Part shown: positions 28,420-39,740 of the stretch, one piece after another
Numbering within the stretch: the first letter of the stretch is position 1
How the letters are laid out: every line of letters starts with the position of its first letter
Assembly (NCBI GenBank): GCA_951406725.2
Contig: OX597819.1
Coordinates: 95,728,001-95,792,000 of the forward strand
DNA from: Octopus vulgaris
Taxonomy: Eukaryota
DNA length: 64,000 bases
Reading direction: 5' to 3'
Notes under the pieces: model-generated
What the model was told of the DNA's origin: nothing
The model's database searches: none
What the model saw: the letters and a program-made list of their open reading frames with translations, nothing else
Program-made: the position numbers and the translations under genes

Positions 28420-28945
28420 ACATGAACCAATCACCTAATACAACCCTAGCCTTCAACTTATCTGCAAATAGCACTACTTCATCCCTCTCTTCAACTAACC
28501 ATCTTAGAACAGACAGCTGCAACTGCAGATCTGGGACTGACTGCCCACTGTAAGCCCAATGCAGAAGATTCAACATGGTATACCAATGTACCATCCACAA
28601 CATATTAAATAACTCCAATAGCTACTATATTGGATCAACCACTAATTTTAAACAAAGATATACACATTTAAACTCATTTAAATATAAAGAGCATATCAAT
28701 TCCACATCACTAACCAGTTACGTACACCGTCTAATTAACAGAAAAATACAATATAGGTTATCTTGGGCTATAATAGATTCTGGCATTCCATATCAAGGCC
28801 AGCACTCCACTTGTAAACTGCCTAAAAGAAACCCTCAAAATTTTAACCCATAACTCACCACAATTATTCAACAAACACAATGAAGCCTTCACAACGTGTA
28901 AAGACAAATTCTTCCACACTTTTAAATTCTTCCATAAATCCACGT
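28420..28945 (+). mobile_element. Decayed PLE GIY-YIG endonuclease fragment, Naiad-like
   Basis: SCNCRSGTDCPL*AQC..MVYQCTI..YYIGSTTNFKQRY.HLNSF..NSTSL...W...PY..CKL..LFNKHNE..C. The CxCx5C linker and NST/W/CxL pattern fit Naiad-type PLEs (clade call from memory). Confidence 0.72.
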
Positions 28946-29995
28946 GTAAAGTTACCCCTCACACATAACACTCACATACATACCTCCATGTCATTATTAC
29001 ACACCTTTGTATATCTTTTCTATCAACCTTAGTACCTTAGAAGATAACTGTTAATTCTTTCATTTATTTTAAAACCATAACCTAATAGATCCCCCAATCC
29101 TTAGTTGTAATCTTTATTCTTAAATAATTTAGCATTCAACTGGTTTCTCCATTCACGCCTACCTACACACTCATACCCTCAAAGCTAGAAATATTTCTAT
29201 AGCCACTGACCTTAACCATAAAACAGACACAAACACTTACTACTTGACTTCCTGCCCCAACCCCTAAAAGCTAGAAGAAAGGCACTGGCATCTACTATTC
29301 TCTTTGAGTACCTTTCATTTTATTTTATTTTATTTTGTATTGTTTACATTATCTTCCTTTACTTTCTTCCTCTTCTCTCCTTATTTCTCCTTATATATTT
29401 ATTTATCTTCTTGTTTATTTTTATACATGTCCAGTTTGAACATGTCCATACCTGGCCAGTTTGCACACAAAACAGATAGAATATGTAGTGATGCCTGGTT
29501 CCAGATGCCATTTTGGGATTTTCATCCGCACATGCACAAGGATTAGTCTTCTGGAAGGCCTACCGGAAGTCCCTTATGTGCATGAGCAGTCATCAGCTGC
29601 AGCTAGGCTTGACCGCTATTTTCTCTCTTCGCTCCTGCCGCCAACCGAGCTAGACACAGCTCAGACAAGCTCCGTGTGAAGGCGAATATGACCTAGGCGA
29701 ATCGGTGAAGAATGCCTTCATAATTGTGATTTAAACCAACTCTGCTGCTTCCACCCCCAAGGCATCCAGGCTACCGATGTCCAGAGATGAAATGCTTATT
29801 TTGGCGAAATAAATTATTATTGTTATTAGTTCAGAGGTTCTTGTTCCAGCTATTTTCCTTTCTACAACTATGTAAGGAATTGTGAAGCACTCAACCAGTG
29901 CCAACCTCACTTCCTACAAATATTTGGTACTGATATGGCCTGTTTAAATACTACAGGGTTAAAACATTTTATTTTGACTAGTGGTAAAAGATATC

Positions 29996-30031
<36 letters not shown>

Positions 30032-31678
30032 TTCTCATGTTTTTTTTTTGGTGTCACTGAGCTATGGTTGTTACAGCACACTGTCTTCATCTTCAATAGT
30101 TTTAGTCAAGAATATCAACACCAGTACCTTGTCTGGCACTTATTTTATCAGTCTTAGAGTAAGACAGAAGGCAGAGTTGACCAGTTGTAATGAGATTTTA
30201 TTGTGATAGAACAAAATAACACAGTATGCTTTTATTGAATACATTAATCTTGCCATCCTCAGCAGTATAAATGACTATGGCAGATGACATTTTGATATAG
30301 GGAAGGCAGCCATTATTCTTCTCAATTTCCTTTTGTACAGTTGATTAATGCTTTGTTCAGTTTGTTTGGGACCGGGGCAGAGAGGGATGTCTTGCTACAA
30401 AGCCTTTTACTTTTAGATAAATGAGAGACAAAAATGTCTGTCTCTGATCTAAAAAAACTTGACTCAAACTCAGAACCTAGTGATCATATAGTGAGTGGCC
30501 ATATAATACTGTTTTAATTAGAAATTTTACTCTTGTTAACAATATCACCATAGCGATTCAATTGTATCATGTTATATAAGACACTTAGAAGACATCAGTA
30601 GCTTAGAAAGATTCATCTGATTCTTAATTTAAAATCAGCAGTTTTGATGGATTAATCCAAACATCTTTGGAATTCTATTTCTTTTGCTTTTGGCTAATAA
30701 TCAAAATATTTAAAGGTAATTTCAAATTTGTGCCAAAAGTGACTTCTGATTATCTATGTAGATAACATTTGTTGATTTTTTTGGATGATTGTATTATTAG
30801 GCATTTCAATAATGAGGAATATTTTCTATAATTATTGGCTAAAATATCACAAGGTCATTTATGTTAAGCATACTGTATATACAAGTATCTGTGTATCCTT
30901 AACTTTAACATTTGTAACGATGTACTTGTACACATAAAATTATATAAAGCGATTTCTGGAATGCTTCTAAACAATTTCTGAAAATTAGTTAAACTGTATT
31001 TATTTATGGTCTTAGTGAAAATGGGATTGCACACACTTGCACTTCTAAAACAAAGGGTTAAAACAATTGGGTGTGATTTAGTGTTTGATTTGGTATGAAC
31101 ACATAAACAAACATCTCAAGGAAGAAAACAATTTCAGGAATTAAGGGTTGAAAATATTGTTTACTGAAAATATCTTTAGGATTACAAAGTAAGATTAATG
31201 AAAGGTAGAAAAGCAAGAATTATCACCATCATTGTAACATCCATTTTCCTTTGCCTGTATGGATCGGACAAAGTTTACTGAAGTAGATTTTCTACAGCCA
31301 TATGCTTTTCTTGTTATCAGTCTTCAGCTGCTTCCAAGCAAGGTAATATTTCACTGTGGCTAGACATGTTTTCATAAAATATTGGAAACAAATAACACTG
31401 CTTCTATGACTGACACTCATTTACAACAACCACATGGTGTCAACACATGGAGGCATACACTTGCATACATACTTTATATGTATATGTATGTACATATATG
31501 TGTGAGTGTGTGTATATGTATGTATATGTAAATATGCATATATGCGAGTATGCATGTACATATGCTTGTTTATATGTGTATATGTATGTATATACTTATG
31601 CCAGTTGCCATGATAGATCGTTAGCCACTACACACATTTTTCTCCCTCCTTGTTTCTCTCCTTGTTTTTTCTGTGTCA

Positions 31679-31714
31679 CTTTCTGTAGAAGAGCGTAGGC
31701 TCGAAACGTAAAAG
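31679..31714 (+). ncRNA. Minimal hammerhead variant with CUGUAGA core
   Basis: CTTT-CTGTAGA-A-GAGC(GTAG)GCTC-GAA-ACGT-A-AAAG; same architecture as 39490 with an A6>U core change. Confidence 0.7.
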
Positions 31715-31801
31715 ACTTTTTCTATTCTTGAGCGTTATACTAATACATCTGTTTGTTTTGTACACCACTTGTCTTCGTCTTTTGTTTTTTTCGTAAACTC
31801 T

Positions 31802-31859
<58 letters not shown>

Positions 31860-31919
31860 GTATGCATGTATGTATATGTATATATTTATATGTATGTATA
31901 TGTATGTATAAGTATATAT

Positions 31920-32226
31920 GGAGGCACAATGGCTCAGTGGTTATGGGCAGCGGACTCGCGGCCGTAAGATCGCGGTTTTGATTCCCAGACCGGGCGTTGT
32001 GAGTGTTTATTGAGCGAAAACACCTAAAAGCTCCACGAGGCTCCGCCAGGGGATGGAGATCCCTGCTGTACTCTTTCACCACTCTTTCTCCCACTCTTTC
32101 TTCTGTTGGCCTGCTCGCTTAGCCAGCAGGGTGACGTCATTCGAAGGCTAAAACAATGCGAACACATTGTGACCAGCGATGTGTAACTACATCTGATGGA
32201 CTGGTCGGTCACGTGATCACGTGATA
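31920..32226 (+). mobile_element. tRNA-derived SINE (head resembling tRNA-Arg)
   Basis: Pol III A box TGGCTCAGTGG and B box GGTTTTGATTCC in a tRNA-like head, followed by ~230 bp of non-tRNA body ending cacgtgatcacgtga; flanked by (TA)-rich repeats. Confidence 0.85.
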
Positions 32227-32254
32227 TGTATATATATATATCTGTATATGTATG

Positions 32255-32286
<32 letters not shown>

Positions 32287-32387
32287 TATAATAGGATTAG
32301 CTCGTATACGAGTAGGTATATATTTGTAAAAAATGAAGTTCGAAAATGCTGCTATATTATACAATTTTTAATTTTTATATATACATT

Positions 32388-32424
32388 ATAACATGTTTCA
32401 GTTCCTGAAATGAACCTTATCAAA
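32388..32424 (-). ncRNA. Degenerate hammerhead motif
   Basis: Minus strand TTGATAA-G-GTTC(atttcag)GAAC-T-GAA-ACATGT-T; two core mismatches, stem I lost. Confidence 0.4.
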
Positions 32425-32984
32425 AGAAGTTATACATAAAAAAAGACAGCTCATGCCGTCAAACACAAGAAATTCATTTATAATACACAACGGAGTCAGA
32501 CATCTTAGAGTTCATGTATAGTTGATATATAGTTTGATAAGTTCATTCATGCTATATGTTCAAAGTGTTCGATGCAGTGGCCCACGGTGGCGATACGTAT
32601 TCAATACAAAAAACAGATCAAAGTGGTGGAAAGCAGTCAATACAGAAGATTGATGTTTCCGAAAGAGCGAGGAATTCATTTTTACCTTAAGCAATTGTGA
32701 TGACCCATGGTGGGTGTTCGCTGGGTGGTTCTAGTGAGTCTTGTGAAGTGCTCGGTTTTATAATGCCTGTTAGGTGGTCAGTCCAGCATAGCGTGACGTC
32801 ATCAACGTTTTGACCAATCGTTTCATTAGGTGGCTTTAGTCAAGCAGAATGGGACGTCATCATCATTTTGACCAATCACTGCATTATAACTGCCTCTTGT
32901 CTGTTTCCTGTTTTGACCAGTCGCTTCGTTAGTCAAGCAGAACGGGACGTCATCCAGATTCTGCCCAATCACGACTTATAGCTA

Positions 32985-33014
32985 CATATGCATATATGTA
33001 CATGTGTGTGTATG

Positions 33015-33069
<55 letters not shown>

Positions 33070-33126
33070 ATATATGTGTATATGTATGTGTATATATGTC
33101 TGTGTATATATATATGTATTCGTATA

Positions 33127-33161
<35 letters not shown>

Positions 33162-33236
33162 GTGTATATATATATGAATATATATCTGTGTATATATGTA
33201 TATATGTGTGTATATATATATATGTGTATATATGTA

Positions 33237-33269
<33 letters not shown>

Positions 33270-33300
33270 GTATATACATATATATATATAACTAACTAAC

Positions 33301-33331
<31 letters not shown>

Positions 33332-33342
33332 TACATATATAC

Positions 33343-33392
<50 letters not shown>
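32985..33392. repeat. Compound (TA)n microsatellite
   Basis: Directly visible. Confidence 0.97.
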
Positions 33393-33396
<4 letters not shown>

Positions 33397-33399
33397 TTA

Positions 33400-34020
33400 T
33401 GTCAGGTCACTTTCAAGTGCTACTGGTAACATGTAACCCAGTACAACCTGTTGTATGGTCAGTTCGTCGGCGACTAAACCGACAACCCCACCAAGCTTGC
33501 TTGGTGAGGAGGATGTTTATTGGACACCCTGCGGGATGAAAAACAAACCCGTCAAAGGGTGGAGGAACTCTTGAGAGTCAATGGCCATCCAATAAATGCC
33601 TTAAGTCTGTATCATGCGCGGGGACATAGAAATAATCGGACTGAATACCCGATCTTGCGGTTAAACCATTGGGAGTGAAGGACTCCTAGCCATCGTTCTA
33701 GGAGAAGGTAACTCAGGTAACTGGGATGACTCCGACATAAAACCTGCAACTCAGTGGTTACCGATGATGTTGACTTGTTCTTCTTTTCGGAATATGGCTG
33801 CTGTTGCTTAGTGAGTGGGATTGACTCAGTGCACAGCCTTTCGTCACTTTAAAAAAAATCTTCTTGCACAGGCATTACATGATAACAACATTGATTAAGC
33901 ATCGTGCAATGGCCATACTCGATAACGATGCTACTGTAGGGTGGATGCTACTGTAGTTTGTAGCCCCAGGAGGACACCTCCTGGGGCTACAAACTACAGT
34001 AGCATCCACCCTAGGAGTTA
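33400..34020 (+). repeat. GC-richer structured insert, unclassified (SINE body or non-LTR 5'UTR-like), ending in a perfect hairpin
   Basis: Sharp compositional change between (TA)n arrays; local stems caccaagc/gcttggtg, ggagt/actcc, ttattgga/tccaataa. Confidence 0.5.
33937..34013. repeat. Perfect 37-bp inverted repeat with 3-nt loop
   Basis: tagggtggatgctactgtagtttgtagccccaggagg-aca-cctcctggggctacaaactacagtagcatccacccta. Confidence 0.97.
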
Positions 34021-34185
34021 GCCATATTTAAATGGCAAATATACGTCATGATGTGTTGCAGCTACTGTTTATAACTCGCTCTAAGAGTTATTATTGATTA
34101 TATATATATATATGTTTGTGTATATATATGTATGTATGTTTGTGTATATATATGTATGTATGTATATATATACATGTATATATAC

Positions 34186-34703
34186 GGAAGGACAAGTGAG
34201 ACCATAACCCGTGGCCTTCTACATGGGATGTAGCCAGCCCATGTATGCATACCTTCCCTTCTTGGGACACAAAACTCTACTTGTGAAGACCTGTTGAGGC
34301 AAGTGAGGATCAGAATCAAAATCAATCAATGGAAATTGCAGCTGAGTTACCAGTGCCGGTGGCACGTAAGAGAACCATCCGTTCGTGACTGTTGCCAGTG
34401 CCGCCCCAACTGGCCTCGTGTCGGTGGCACGTAAAAAGCACCATCCGTTCGTGGCCGTTGCCAGCCTCACCTGGCACGTAAAAAGCACCATCCATCCGTG
34501 GCCGTTTGCCAGCTGCGGGTGGCACGTAAAAAGCACCCACTACACTCACGGAGTGGTTGGCGTTAGGAAGGGCATCCAGCCGTAGAAACACTGCCAGATC
34601 AGATTGGGCCTGATGCAGCCTTCTGGCTTCACAGACCCCAGTTGAACCGTCCAACCCATGCTAGCATGGAAAGTGGACACTAAATAATGATGATGATGAT
34701 GAT
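34186..34703 (+). mobile_element. RTE 3'UTR copy
   Basis: Starts near the ORF stop region (gacaagtgag), then modular repeats and (atg)n tail. Confidence 0.9.
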
Positions 34704-34925
34704 ATATGTATATGTGTACATATATATATGTATGTGTGTATATATATAAATGTATGTGTATATATATGTTCGTATGTGTATATATATGTTCATATATATA
34801 TATATATATGTATGTGTACATACATATATTTCTATGTACATGTATATACATATATATGTATATATATATGTATATATATGTATGTGTGTATATATATATC
34901 AGTATAAATATATGCATGTATATAT

Positions 34926-35420
34926 ATCATCATCATCATCATCATCATCATTTAACGTCCGCTTTCCATGCTAGCATGGGTTGGACGGTTCAACTGGGGT
35001 CTGGGGAGCCCGAAAGCTGCACCAGTCCAGTCAGATCTGGCAGTGTTTCTACAGCTGGATGCCCTTCCTAACGCCAACCACTCCGAGAGTGTAGTGGGTG
35101 ATTTTATGTGCCACCGACACAGGTGCCAGACGAGGCTGGCAAACGGCCACGCTCGGATGGTGTTTTTTATGTGCCACCGACACAGGTGCCAGACGAGGCT
35201 GGCAGACGGCCACGCTCGGATGGTGTTTTTATGTGCCACCGACACAGGTGCCAGATGAGGCTGGCAAACGGCCACGATCGGATGGTGCTTGTTACGTGCC
35301 CGCAGCACGGAGGCCAGTCGATGCGGTACTGGCTACGGCCACGTTCGGATGGTTTTCTTATACACACACACACATCATCATCATCGTTTAACGTCCGCTT
35401 TCCATGCTAGCATGGGTTGA
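34926..35420 (-). mobile_element. RTE 3'UTR copy with ~64-bp tandem modules plus an adjacent 45-bp tail mini-copy
   Basis: tttatgtgccaccgacacaggtgccaga repeated near 35103, 35167 and 35229; second tail at 35374-35420. Confidence 0.9.
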
Positions 35421-36301
35421 TATATATAAAAGAGAGATTCTGTCTGTTTGTTTGTCCCACAAAGTGAAACTAAAACCAGACACTATCTCTCTAAGATTTT
35501 CTTTCTATGTCTCCTCTATTCTCTCTCTCCCTGTCTATATTCTCTGTCTATTTGCCTGTCTCTCTCTCTCTGCCATGCTACTTCAGAGAGATTCTGTCTC
35601 TTTGTTTGTCCTGCAAAGTGAAACTAAAACCAGACACCATTTCTCTATGATTTTCTTTCTTCTCTCTCTGTCTGTTTTCCCTCTCTTTCTCTCTCTCTTC
35701 TTTTCTCCCTTTTTCTTCTCTCTTTCCTTCTCTCCTTTTTTCTCTCTTTGCCTCTCTATCAGTCTAATGCCATCACACAATCGGAACATACTCTTCTGTA
35801 TGATATAGCTATTTTTCTATCTTCATTCACATTCACAATGAATCTTTTAATTGTCCTTGCATATTCTCTTATAGAATATACACATCCAGGACGGGTAACC
35901 TGCTTCAGATTCTATGAAGAATAGTTTCTTACACTCAATCTAATAAGTAATTCAACTCATTCCATCGATGATTTGATGGATGAAATCTTTTTTAATCTGC
36001 TTCATAATTACAATATAGATTGGATCTGTGAGCGAGCTATCCTGGCTCCAAAGAATGTTGCAGTACATAGCATTAATAATATGCTAGAATTTGATAAAAC
36101 TAGTCTATAAATTAAAACTGACCCCATATAACAGTGACAAGCAAAATCTGTAACAAGTCTTTCTTCCTGATACCTTAGTAGCTTCTAAGTCGAAGGAAAG
36201 GCAGCATGTTCTTTGTCTATCTCCTTAACTTCTTGGAGATTTTAGGTGAAATTATACTAATGTGTCCATCTGTTTTAATTTAATTAAATTCTATGTCTTT
36301 G

Positions 36302-36387
36302 TGCAGTTGAGGATTGCTCTGCATTTAAATTGATGTAATGGTTGCATAGTTCAATTAAAAGGAGTTGCGTGAAACGATCGTACTGCA
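36302..36387 (+). ncRNA. Type I hammerhead variant (UUGAGGA core) with long stem II
   Basis: TGCAG-TTGAGGA-...-GAA-ACGATCGT-A-CTGCA: perfect 5-bp stem I and 8-nt palindromic stem III; insert can pair (aattga/tcaatt, tgtaa/ttgca). Confidence 0.7.
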
Positions 36388-36424
36388 TTACCTCTGAATA
36401 TCTTTGTTGCTTATTTTGATTATG

Positions 36425-36499
<75 letters not shown>

Positions 36500-36508
36500 C
36501 CATTTCAA

Positions 36509-36738
36509 GGCAGTGAGCTGGCAGAAACATTAGCACGCCGGGCGAAATGCATAGCCATATTTCGTCTGTCGTTATGTTCCATGTTCAAATTCTGCCGAGG
36601 TCAACTTTGCCTTTCACCCTTTCGGGGTTGATAAATTAAGTACCAGTTATGCACTGGGGTCGATATAATCGACTTAATCTGTTTGTCTGTCCTTATTTGT
36701 TCCCTCTGTGTTTAGCCCATTGTGGGTAGTAAAGAAAT
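36509..36738 (+). mobile_element. SINE with Meta/MESC-type central domain
   Basis: tRNA-like head (gagctggcagaa...gttcaaattctgcc) and core gcctttcaccctttcggggttgataaattaagtaccag. Confidence 0.75.
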
Positions 36739-37709
36739 ATATATATATATCCATTATTGCTATCTATGAGAAGTGCTCATTAGAGCCAAAGTGTATGATT
36801 ATAAATTTTCTTTAGGAAATTATAGAAACAAGTGTGAGAGATACAGTGAAGATACCATTACCAGCAGATGTTGACTGTATATAACAGAATCATATATAAT
36901 CCTTCGCATTTTTAATTCCAGTTTTAAATAAATTTTCTGAAGCTATTCATTCATGTAACCATAGACATTATTCAACTTTCAAGAGTAAATTTAAATTTGA
37001 ACCCGCATAGTATCATTTTCCATACTACAATAATATATTGCCACTTGCTTATAATTTTAAAAAATTTAAAAAATTTTTTAAACTCCCACCAGCCCTCTTA
37101 ATGATTTCCATAACTCGTATGACTCTTATATAAAACATAAATTAATTAATACTTGCAAAACCATTTAATGCATTTCTGGCACAAACAATATTCTTTTCTT
37201 TTTCCTGATGATTGGGGCATTCCTTGGAAGTAAATCCTAAGATTCACATGTACTCTTTGAATGAACTCTAGAAATGATCGTTGGATTTCTTCATTTCCTC
37301 TAAATATGGCACCAAAAACTCTTCTTAAATATCTTACTTCCTCCATTCCATAATTTATTTTGAATTTTTAAAAGAAATGTCTTTCTATATTTCATTGTTC
37401 TTACCTGTATTTTTATCTATACTCTATTATATTTATATATCTATATATTTATTTGTCCTTGCATATTTTTAACATTTATATATATTTTTTATATTTCTAT
37501 ATCTTTATATTCTGAATGTATTAATATATGTTTTGGACAATTCTATCATATTAAATCCGTACATACATACACCAATCGTAGTCTGCCTGAGTTAAACTTC
37601 TTCTCTATATATCTCATACTTGTCTGGCATCTTTGGTTTGACTTGATCGCTTTCATGCTTCCTATGCTTTTCTAAAGAAAATTTATAATTATATATCTAT
37701 ATATATATG

Positions 37710-37763
<54 letters not shown>

Positions 37764-37817
37764 GTATGTATGTATGTGTGTATATATATATGTATGTGTG
37801 TGTGTATATATATATAT

Positions 37818-38829
37818 GTGGAAACACCTTAAAATTTCAAACAAATTTATTTTGATATGGGGTAGGACCAACTTTGGCAGTAATTACAGATAAGATGTTC
37901 AACTTCACTAGAATGTTCCTCGTGCCATTCAGTAACAATTTTAGCTGTATGAATTGGTGCATTATCATCCTGAAAGAGTGTGTTTCCCTCTGGAAACAGT
38001 TCCACAACCATACGATGAATTTGATCAGATAAACTGCTTAGTCTTGACTATTAATTCTGCCATGAAAGGAAACTATTGGGCTGGCGGATTTCCAATATAT
38101 ATCCCCCTCCCCGATCATCATAGATCCTCCTCCATGTTTAAGAGTTCGAAGAAGGCAGTCTGGGTCAAATGCTTCTTTTGTCTGTCTCCACATGTATACT
38201 TGGCTGGTGGTCAGAAATAAGGTAATGGATGACTAGTCCACTGCTCTAAGTACCAATTCTGTAAGTTTTTACTCTGCTCTAAATGCTTTGCAATGTTTGT
38301 TTTTGAAAGTAGTAGTTTTCTGATTGCAACTCTCCTGTGAAATCCGGCTTTGTGCAGCTCCTGATGAACAGTTTTTGTGGAAACTGGGTTCTTGAGGTTA
38401 TCATGAAGCTCTGCAGTGATTTTGGGAGCTGTATTTTTGTGATCCTTTCTAACAATTTGAATAAGAGTCCGATGGTCCTTATCTGAAAGTTTTGGTTTTC
38501 TTCCGGAGTTTTGTTTCAACGACGAGGTTTTTTCCTCTTTCTCAAAGGCTGTCATTACTTTCGAGACAGTACTTCTTGATACACCAAGCATTTTGGCTGT
38601 TTTCATTACGCCTGCCACATTTTGATTTCTTTGAAAGACTGATAGATCTATCATTTTAATGAATTTTAATTACCTTTTTCTGATAATATCTGAAAAGAAA
38701 CAGCAATTTTAGCAAAACTAATAATAAAGCAAAAAACATAAAATTAAACAAGCTTTTGACAGTTTTATAGATATTTCAAAATTATGATGCTATCATGCCA
38801 GGTGTTTCCATTATTTTGTCCAACCTCTG
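37818..38829 (-). mobile_element. Decayed Tc1-like transposon, internally deleted
   Basis: Right TIR aggtgtttccattattttgtccaacctctg followed by TA; only partial left TIR tggaaacacct. ORF 38211-38654 has Tc1 HTH signatures (TAKMLGVSRSTVSKV, SGRKPKLS, VSTKTVHQELHKAG). Confidence 0.85.
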
Positions 38830-38855
38830 TATGTGTGTGTGTGTGTGTATATATA

Positions 38856-38922
<67 letters not shown>

Positions 38923-39289
38923 ATATATACATATATGTATGTATGAGTGTATATATAAATATATATATGTGTGTGTGTGTGTATATATATATATGTGTGT
39001 ATGCATATATATATGTGTGTATATATATATATGTATATACGTATGTGTGTATATATATATTTGTATATACGTATGTGTGTATATATATATTTGTATATAC
39101 ATGTGTGTATATATATATATGTATATACGTATGTGTATATATATATATTTGTATATATGTATGTGTGTGTATATATATATGCATATACGTGTGTATATAT
39201 ATATATGTATACATGTATGTGTGTGTATATATATATATGCATATACGTGTATATATATATATATGTATATATGTATGTGTGTGTATATA

Positions 39290-39321
<32 letters not shown>

Positions 39322-39420
39322 CATATATATATACACACACACATACATATATGCATATATATATATATACACACATACATATATGCATATATATACACAT
39401 ATATGTATATACAAATATAT
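38830..39420. repeat. Compound alternating purine-pyrimidine microsatellite with ~30-bp higher-order period
   Basis: gtatatacgtatgtgtgtatatatatat-like unit recurring at ~30 bp spacing (39033-39150). Confidence 0.95.
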
Positions 39421-39489
39421 GTGACCTCGTGAGTACCACTGGCGATTTTTTTCCTTTGTCTTCCCTTCTCGGGATCTTTCCTTCTCCTA

Positions 39490-39526
39490 TGTTTCTGATG
39501 AAGAGCTTTGCTCGAAACGTTAAACA
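39490..39526 (+). ncRNA. Minimal type I hammerhead ribozyme motif, core intact
   Basis: TGTTT-CTGATGA-A-GAGC(TTT)GCTC-GAA-ACGT-T-AAACA: 5-bp stem I, 4-bp stem II, palindromic ACGT stem III, GUU cleavage triplet. Confidence 0.85.
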
Positions 39527-39740
39527 CTCCTTCTTCCCTTCTTTCCTGAGCGTCCAATAATACTTTATTTGTTCCACGTCCTCGCATTGTTGTGTTTTTT
39601 TTTTGTATTTTCTTGTTTGGATTAACTTTATATATATATATATATATATATATCTTGTTTGGATTAATTCTCGCATTGTTGTTTTTTTTTTTTTTTTTTT
39701 TATAAATATATATGTACACACATATATTTGTATATATATA

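Larger units (their letters stand above)
35790..37680 (-). mobile_element. Highly decayed PLE-like remnant interrupted by SINE and microsatellite
   Basis: ORF 37146-37346 (RYLRRVFGAIF...FLEFIQRVHVNL) resembles the PLE RT RYxDD.F...FL..I...H..L segment; boundaries uncertain. Confidence 0.4.

Noticed and set aside
28500-29830. Selenocysteine recoding in the Naiad-like fragment
   Set aside because: The in-frame stop seen is TAA at a non-Cys position, Cys codons are TGC/TGT, and no convincing SECIS is visible.
31920-31995. tRNA gene
   Set aside because: Imperfect cloverleaf, mutated B box, no oligo-T terminator, continues into a SINE body.
35100-35345. CRISPR-like periodic repeats here and at 57466-58072
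   Set aside because: Whole units are duplicated with no unique spacers, no cas genes, eukaryotic LINE 3'UTR context.
35431-35660. ~60-bp direct repeat at ~150-bp spacing
   Set aside because: Local tandem duplication in CT-rich low-complexity DNA; no LTR, TSD or coding hallmarks.
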